DNA of 64,000 nt from Octopus vulgaris (lineage: Eukaryota), in contig OX597830.1 in assembly GCA_951406725.2 (NCBI GenBank), positions 65,162,001 to 65,226,000 of the forward strand, in the 5' to 3' direction. A program made the position numbers and the translations under genes. Positions 56,747 to 64,000 of the stretch are shown piece by piece (within the stretch, counting starts at the first letter, position 1; each line of letters starts with the position of its first letter). The notes beneath the pieces were generated by a model that was not told the DNA's origin, made no database searches, and saw only the letters and a list, made by a program, of their open reading frames with translations.

Positions 56747-57068
56747 TATATATTAGAAGAAATGAGGTAATCAGAAGATCGGATGGTTCATATTTATAGA
56801 TATTCATTTATATATTACATTTTTTACATATATATATCATATCATTCAGATCATATCATTCAGATTATTAGCGCTTTCTCCCATTCTAGTGGGGTTTTCA
56901 AATCAAAATTGATTTGAAAACCCCACTAGAATGGGAGAAAGCGCTAATAATCTGAATGATATGATCTGAATGATATGATATATATATGTAAAAAATGTAA
57001 TATATAAATGAATATCTATAAATATGAACCATCCGATCTTCTGATTACCTCATTTCTTCTAATATATA
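56747..57068. repeat. Perfect palindrome, 160-bp arms, 2-nt loop
   Basis: 56747-56906 is the reverse complement of 56909-57068. Confidence 0.92.
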
Positions 57069-57204
57069 TATATATATACTGCGGTGTTTATTTTGACCAT
57101 ATCGTGCTTATGAGGTGTTTTGGCGGGCAATTTAACTGGTCTTGTGCATACGTGCATATATATGTATGTATGGACGTTCGTATATGTAAGTATAACGTTT
57201 GTTC

Positions 57205-57247
<43 letters not shown>

Positions 57248-57268
57248 GTATTTATGTACTTTTGATAT

Positions 57269-57327
57269 ATTCAACCGATGACGGTAAAGCTTATTTAAAG
57301 CAAAACCAGAAATCCTGGATCTTGAAT
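57269..57327 (+). ncRNA. Candidate type-I hammerhead ribozyme (U4C core variant)
   Basis: attcaa-CCGATGA-[c ggt aaa gctt attta aagc aaa acc a]-GAAA-tcc t gga-TC-ttgaat. Confidence 0.6.
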
Positions 57328-59781
57328 TATTCAATAATATTTTTTGCTAGTCTATTTTGTCCCTCTGTCTTATCTCGTGGTACGATATGAACATTAAACG
57401 TGGTTTTTAAAGTCAGGGTTTTGACTGCTATGTTGGCATGGTGGTGTCTCTCAGACACCCCTATTTTTAGTTGTATATATATATATATATATATATACCA
57501 CGGAGCAGCCAGCGCGGAATAAAATATATTCGCGTAAAGTCATATTTAACACGTCTTGGACAGCGTTTATCTTCGGAAGTAGTCTCGGAAAAAAAATCAC
57601 TTCGAAGATGACGTGTGAACATACATTTGGTTCTGAATAGCATCACTGAATGGTAGAACGTATGAGCTTCTTTGTTGTTACTCGCCATCAGCTTCAAATT
57701 CCAGATCTGCTTCTCACAACCCGAAAAGAACAATTCATTCTTATATTTGAACAACGAACAGTCCTTTCCCTGATGTGTGTAAAGCTTGGTCAAGTAGGAT
57801 GACGTAGGAAGAGTTACCGCTGCTGAAATCGCTTTAAGAGAAAGTCCTTCTTCGGACCACATGAAGCAAATAGTAAGATGACCCCATAACATGTAGTGCA
57901 TTACTGCTTATTTAATTCTAATCATTCTCATTTACGTATCAAGAGAAAGAATCACAATAATTCAAAATTCATCCATAATGAGGAGGAAAATATGTGTGTT
58001 AAATTGTTTTACCCCACCTCTAACCAGCTTCCTCATATACGCGTGCATCACTAAGCACCCGCCCTTCCTGTTCTTCTGTTTTCAGGGCCCATCCTGATAT
58101 CTTGCCAATTCCATCTTTATCTCCGTGTTCAGCCTCACCTGGATTACACCTGCCCCTTTTTGTATAATACAAGTATCTATGTATTCTCTCTACAGAAAGA
58201 AACCTGTTACGGACTCTTCCTTTGTGCTTTCCGCTCTCATCATCTAGCCTAAAACTAGTTTACCCTCTAATGTAATCCAACCTTGCAGAAGGGGGTATAA
58301 GTGTTAGGAACTACATGGTGAACTCGCTGGTACTTGTGACATGGGAAAGCAACGAGTGTACTATGGAAAGTTGTCGGTGTTAGGAAGGGCAGCTAGCCTT
58401 AGAAAACAGGGCAAAGTATGTATTGGAGCTTGGTGCATTCCTCCAACCCATGGATCCTTTCAAATCATCCTCCACCACATGCTAGCTAAAAGACAGAGAT
58501 GGCAAAAGAAGATGGTGGTGGTAGTGGTGGCAGCGATTGTGTTGAATCTAGAAGTGGTAAGGTAATGATGTATCACCATCTCAACCACAGAGCTAAAATT
58601 AATTATAAAAGATATCAAACTAGAAAACTGAGTCTAATCTTCGATAGTATTCTCGCAACCACGAATTTCAGCTTGTTCACCCTCTCACATCTGCAAAATT
58701 CAACTTATTTTACTTCTCAATTCTTTTAGAGAAAACATTTATTATCTATTTTACGTAAATGTAAAGAAACAAGCAAATGTCTCACTCATTCTCGAAAAAC
58801 TGCTCAGAAGTCATTTACCAAGTCATGCTAATGTTACAAAGTTGCAAATAAGCCATCTGGTCTATATCTTCATACATAACAAGTTTCTGTCTCAAAGATG
58901 ATGGATGACACCATTCTCTCTTCTCCAGAAACACAAGATGTTATTACCAAGAAGTGCATTACAAAATGTGTGACAACCCAACAGATGGAATACCAGTAAG
59001 TTTCATTATTTACTCATATCTTTATTGAAAAATTGTGTATACTTTAAACCCTGTATTTTATGAGTCTTCAGCTGATGTATGTATATATGCATGTATGCAT
59101 AACTAAATATATGTATGCATGTATGGATAACTGCATATATGTATACATTTAAAGTGGTATGGACACAAACCAGAACCTGTGAATCAGGGTGCGTTGTGTA
59201 GTGTGGGCAGCTTTCTAGTTCTTGTATCCTGGTTCTGTGGCTCAGCTTTTATCTATTTCAGAAAGGTAGCAAAGGATTTCAATACAAGGCATAGCCCATG
59301 TATTTATGGCTTTAATAATGTTCCCGCCATTTAATTTTGTTTTGCGCACCTTCCTATTTCTCTCCTTGTGCCTTTTTGTAACTTTCCTTCTCATTTCTCC
59401 TTCCATTATACAATTGTTTTGCTGCACTCCTAGATATTTGTATCCCTCATTACGCCACAACGATCTAATAATGTTGTCTTGTGATAAATTTATGCTATCA
59501 AAGTTTATCTTCCAGGCTCTCTTCGTGATTAGGTCTCTTCATAATTAGAGCAGTGCACTTATCTATTCTAAATTCCATTCCAATAGCTTTACTGAACACT
59601 CTCACTTTTGCTCATGGCAGTTCTACTTCCCACACTCTTATTGCTTTCTCAAGGAAGTTGTTTATCTTCTCATTTACTCTGGACGTTCTCAGACACTCCA
59701 AGAGCCAACTGTATGGGACTGTAATTTATCCACCCTGCAGTTACAAGTTTCTGCCTAACTCGTACTTTATTTAATATTCGG

Positions 59782-59821
<40 letters not shown>

Positions 59822-59822
59822 A

Positions 59823-59908
<86 letters not shown>

Positions 59909-59911
<3 letters not shown>

Positions 59912-60216
59912 TTTACTCTTTTACTTGTTTCAATCATTTGACTGCGGCCATGCTGGGGCAACGCCTTTAGTCGAACAAATCGGTTTTCAAGCAATGCTAG
60001 GAGGACAAACACAGACACACAAACATACACACATATATATATATATACATATATACGACGGGCTTTTTTCAGTTTCCGTCTACCAAATCCACTCACAAGG
60101 CTTTGGTCGGCCCGAGGCTATAGCAGAAGACACTTGCCCAAGGTGCCACGCAGTAGGACTGAAACCGGAACCATGTGGTTGGTTAGCAAGCTACTTACTA
60201 CACAGCCACTCCTGTG

Positions 60217-60219
<3 letters not shown>
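59909..60219 (-). mobile_element. SINE family B with internal deletion
   Basis: gtcgaacaaatcg is joined directly to gttttcaagcaatg through an atcg microhomology. Confidence 0.88.
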
Positions 60220-60263
<44 letters not shown>

Positions 60264-60623
60264 CAAATCAACAGTCCCCCTTGATTTTTTCCTACTAACT
60301 CATTGTTCCTCTAACAATAGATTCTTCTTTTCCGGAAAAATTATATCATCTGCCCTGACTCTAATTAGTAGATTCCAGATTAATGGTAAGCAAGTGACGG
60401 GTCTATGATTCCTGACTCTTTCCTTTCTCCTTCTGCAGCAACATTATCTTTTCTTTTGCCATCCATCTTGGTATTCCATTTGCTATGCAGTCAGTAAAAA
60501 TTGTAAAACATTGTAAACTGTTATTACCTTAATAGGTGTTTTATTAAGAGAACAAAGCTATAGAGAAGCAGAGGGTCGGCGGGCGTTTTCTGTCGTCTCC
60601 TATCCTTATCATCTTGTATTATT

Positions 60624-61014
60624 GGATGGATGGAAGCACTCCGTCGGTTACGACGACGAGGGTTCCGGTTGATCCGAATCAACGGAACAGCCTGCTCGTG
60701 AAATTAACGTGTAAGTGGCTGAGCACTCCACAGACACGTGTACCCTTAACGTAGTTCTCGGGGATATTCAGCGTGACACAGAGAGTGACAAGGCCGGCCC
60801 TTTGAAATACGGGTACAACAGAAACAGGAAGTAAGAGTGAGAGAAAGTTGTGGTGAAATAGTACAGCAGGGATCACCACCATCCCCTGCCGGAGCCTCGT
60901 GGAGTTTTAGGTGTTTTCGCTCAATAAACACTCACAACGCCCGGTCTGGGAATCGAAACCGCAATCCTATGACTGCGAGTCCGCTGCCCTAACCACTGGG
61001 ACATTGCGCCTCCA
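60624..61014 (-). mobile_element. SINE family A
   Basis: 13-bp TSD atcttgtattatt at 60611-60623 and 61017-61029; short (CCAT)n tail. Confidence 0.95.
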
Positions 61015-62532
61015 CTATCTTGTATTATTATCAGTGTTTTGTCCAGCCCGCAAAGCTACTCATCTTTTTACTGCCTCTATGGCAAATGAAATGAATAAAA
61101 TGCAGTCAGTACAAAAAAAACGGTCGTATATAACTGTGTATACTTGGGAGGCTTTGGGCAACATCTAATCCGGGGGCTTTCCACTTTAGTAGTTTCTTCA
61201 ACATCAATCTTACTTTCTTAAACCTGATCATTAGATTGTGTTGTATCACTCCATCTTCCATTTCTCTTTTCAAATCCCGTGACTAATCTGCTTTTATATT
61301 ATGTTGGACTTTTTGGCTCTCGATTTCTCTCCAGATTTGCCATGCTGCTTCCGTATAATTTCCCTGATGCTCTTCTTCATTGCTAAGTTATTTATAGGAT
61401 GTTCTTTCGTTGTTCTTGAAGGGTCTATTCAACTGATACTGAATTGGTCTTTGTTGGTGTGTGTCTTGTTTTTCTTTCACCCGACACTGCTTAAATTTTT
61501 TAGTCTTAGTTCTTCCTTAAGTACCCGGAGTCCTTAATGTCTTATGTTGTTCTTTCTTTGTAGTTCTTTCCCGTGTCTTTCCTTCACCTTCTTCTTTTCT
61601 CTGACTGCATGTATCCGTCCGTAGTTTTGAACTGTTTAATTTGGCTCTAAGCCATCGTTCGCACCATGGGGCTTTGTCTTCTGTTTTTGTTTCACTTTTA
61701 CCTCAAGAATGAGCACAGTGACAGAGGCTGAGCAGTATACAATATCGTTTAGATCTGTTATGTTCTCAATGTAGACATTCCTTCCCTAACAGTCCTTCCA
61801 TCTTTTTCACACTATGTAGTTTTCCTTCCTCGATTCCTCTCAGAGCTGTTCGCCTCATGCTTTCGCTGTTTCGTGTCTCAACCGGGTCTACTAGCAATAT
61901 TCTTTCTTCTTCTGTGACAGTCTCCTTCACAAAGTAAAATTTACCATCATCCGAGCATCTGTTTCTTTTGTAGGCAGTTATCAGTCTCTCTGCTAAGCCC
62001 TGTTCTTGTCCTGCTTTCTGTTAGTCGTGTTCAGCGCATTCACGTTCACGCTGTTTCACCGTTGTAATCACCTCCAGTCCCAACTGGTCTAGCCACTGCT
62101 TTTTCGCAATAGAATTGTTTAGGTTTAGAAATCTTCACTCCGTGATAGGGAACATGTCTTTCTCTGTCCAAATATGCATTCTTTTTCCGGTATCATATTT
62201 CGATAGGCTCGCTTCCAAATGATGGCATTCAATTACAGTTCTATGGTGGTTTTGAGTCCATTTTCTCCTAATCTTTGGAGTAGTGTTTGGATAACAAACA
62301 GGTCCACCTTGTTGCGCAGAGGAGCACTTGCCGAATGAAAGACCACCACTTCAGGTTTTGGGCTCATGAACGCAATAGTGGTTTATATTTGGGATTACAC
62401 TCATAAAGAGGACTGTGTTGTTGAGGTGCCACAATTACCTTCTTGAGGAATGTAAATCAAAGCTAAAGGAACCCTCTTCCTTCTGTGAGATTATTTACCC
62501 CCATGAAAACGTTCTTTGCCGTTTTTGCACTT

Positions 62533-62561
62533 TATTATTATTATTATTATTATTATTGTTG

Positions 62562-62595
<34 letters not shown>

Positions 62596-62630
62596 CATTG
62601 TTATTATTATTATTATTATCATTATTATCA

Positions 62631-62685
<55 letters not shown>

Positions 62686-62696
62686 CATTATTATCA

Positions 62697-62772
<76 letters not shown>

Positions 62773-62783
62773 CATTATTATCA

Positions 62784-62817
<34 letters not shown>

Positions 62818-62836
62818 CATTATTATTATCATCATC

Positions 62837-62886
<50 letters not shown>

Positions 62887-62909
62887 CATCATTATTATCA
62901 TTGTTATTA

Positions 62910-62964
<55 letters not shown>

Positions 62965-62975
62965 CATCAACATCA
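62533..62975. repeat. (TTA)n/(TCA)n microsatellite
   Basis: Direct reading. Confidence 0.96.
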
Positions 62976-62986
62976 ACATGTATGAA

Positions 62987-63190
62987 GAGGGCAACCTGAG
63001 AGAATCTTTAGCAATCCGGGCAAAATGCTTAGCGACATTCTGAGTTCAAATTCTTAACGTTCTGAGTTCAAATTCAGCCGTGGTTGACTCGGCCCTTCAT
63101 CCAGTCAGGAATGTTAAAATAAGTATCAGTTAAAAACTGGATCTATGTAATCGTCTTACCCCCTCCCCCGAAATTGCTGACCTTGTTTGC
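62987..63190 (+). mobile_element. Diverged SINE family C
   Basis: aaatgcttagcg...ttctgagttcaaattc (duplicated)...aagtatcagtt. Confidence 0.65.
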
Positions 63191-63214
63191 TTTCCTTATA
63201 TCATCATTATTCTC

Positions 63215-63607
63215 TTGTACTCTAGACACAAGACCGGAAATTTTGGTGGAGGGGTTTAGACGATTAGATTGACCTCAGTATGCAACTGGTACTTAATTTA
63301 TCGACCCGGAAAAGATGAAAGGCAAAGTCGATCTCGGGGGAATTTGAACTCAGAACGTAAAGACACGAAATACCTATTTCTTTACTACCCACAAGGGGCT
63401 AAACATAGAGAGGACAAACACGGACAGACAAACGGATTAAGTCGATTATATCGACCCCAGTGCGTAACTGGTACTTATTTAATCGACCCCGAAAGGATGA
63501 AAGGCAAAGTCGACCTCGGGGGAATTTGAACTCAGCACGTAGCAGCAGACAAAATACCGCTAAGTATTTCGCCCGGCGTGCTAACGTTTCTACCAACTCG
63601 CCGCCTT
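63215..63607 (-). mobile_element. SINE family C dimer
   Basis: Two Meta-like domains with junction cgaaatacctatttctttact. Confidence 0.88.
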
Positions 63608-63617
63608 ATTAAATATT

Positions 63618-63808
63618 CTTTTCTACTCTAGGCGCAAGGCCCGAATTTTTGGGGCAAGGGGCCAGTCGATTAGACCGACCCCAGTATGCAGCTAGTACTT
63701 AATTTATCGACCCCGAAAAGATGAAAGGCAAAGCCGATCTCGGCGGAATTTGAAATCAGAACGTAAACAAAATACCGCCCGGCGTGCTAACGTTTCTGCC
63801 AGCTCACT
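63618..63808 (-). mobile_element. SINE family C monomer
   Basis: atttatcgaccccgaaaagatgaaaggc...ctaacgtttctgccagctc. Confidence 0.85.
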
Positions 63809-63934
63809 TCTTTGATGTTGTTACATTACTAAATCGCTAGTATTTTACCTTAATACAGTTCTATATTTAAGAGATGAGGAATTAATTACAGTATTTACAT
63901 TTGATGGATATTTATCCTCATCTTGTTTATTGTT

Positions 63935-63980
63935 AACACAACGTTTCGGCTGATATACCCTCCTGCCTTCATCAGGTGTC
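63935..63980 (-). ncRNA. Candidate minimal type-I hammerhead ribozyme in Penelope-like terminal repeat (fragment ~63850 to window end)
   Basis: Minus: gacac-CTGATGA-a-ggcag gagggtatat cagcc-GAAA-cg-TT-gtgtt; canonical core, palindromic AACGTT stem III. Confidence 0.7.
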
Positions 63981-64000
63981 TTAGGGAAATTCCGAACCCG

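Larger units (their letters stand above)
59240..62530 (-). mobile_element. Decayed R4/Dong-like retrotransposon (5' portion through RT), interrupted by SINEs
   Basis: RRKWTQ...VIEC...YRKRMHIW...TE.R...KKQWL near 62280-62070; KWKAPGLD near 61190; YKYLG...KTKLNGGNIIKAINTWAMP at 59242-59460; 5' side abuts (TTA)n. Confidence 0.8.

Noticed and set aside
58340-58520. Degenerate retroelement tail (gtgttaggaagggcagctagcc)
   Set aside because: Probably an old SINE/RTE remnant but too decayed to delimit or classify

Overview
AT-rich, microsatellite-saturated animal genomic DNA, most likely intronic/intergenic sequence of a coleoid cephalopod such as Octopus (inferred from the SINE repertoire and repeat density; not proven). 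Almost all ORFs in the supplied track are translation artefacts of (TA)n, (CA)n, (CATA)n, (TTA)n, (CAT)n or (CT)n arrays, or are read-throughs of SINEs. One credible host exon is visible: a + strand exon at 27741-27957 encoding a signal peptide. The rest is a layered transposon landscape: (i) three abundant tRNA-derived SINE families plus module-swapped variants; (ii) four decayed Tc1/mariner elements of different subfamilies; (iii) RTE, CR1-like and R4/Dong-like LINE remnants, the R4/Dong-like ones sitting in (TAA)n or next to (CATA)n arrays; (iv) long foldback elements. The most interesting layer is a set of short Penelope-like terminal-repeat fragments, mostly embedded in (TA)n tracts. They carry minimal type-I hammerhead ribozyme folds of several sequence families, many with non-canonical cores (CCGAUGA, CCGACGA, CUGUCGA) and mostly palindromic stem III. 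Two perfect palindromes turn around at such motifs. All coordinates were read by eye and ends of decayed elements are approximate.
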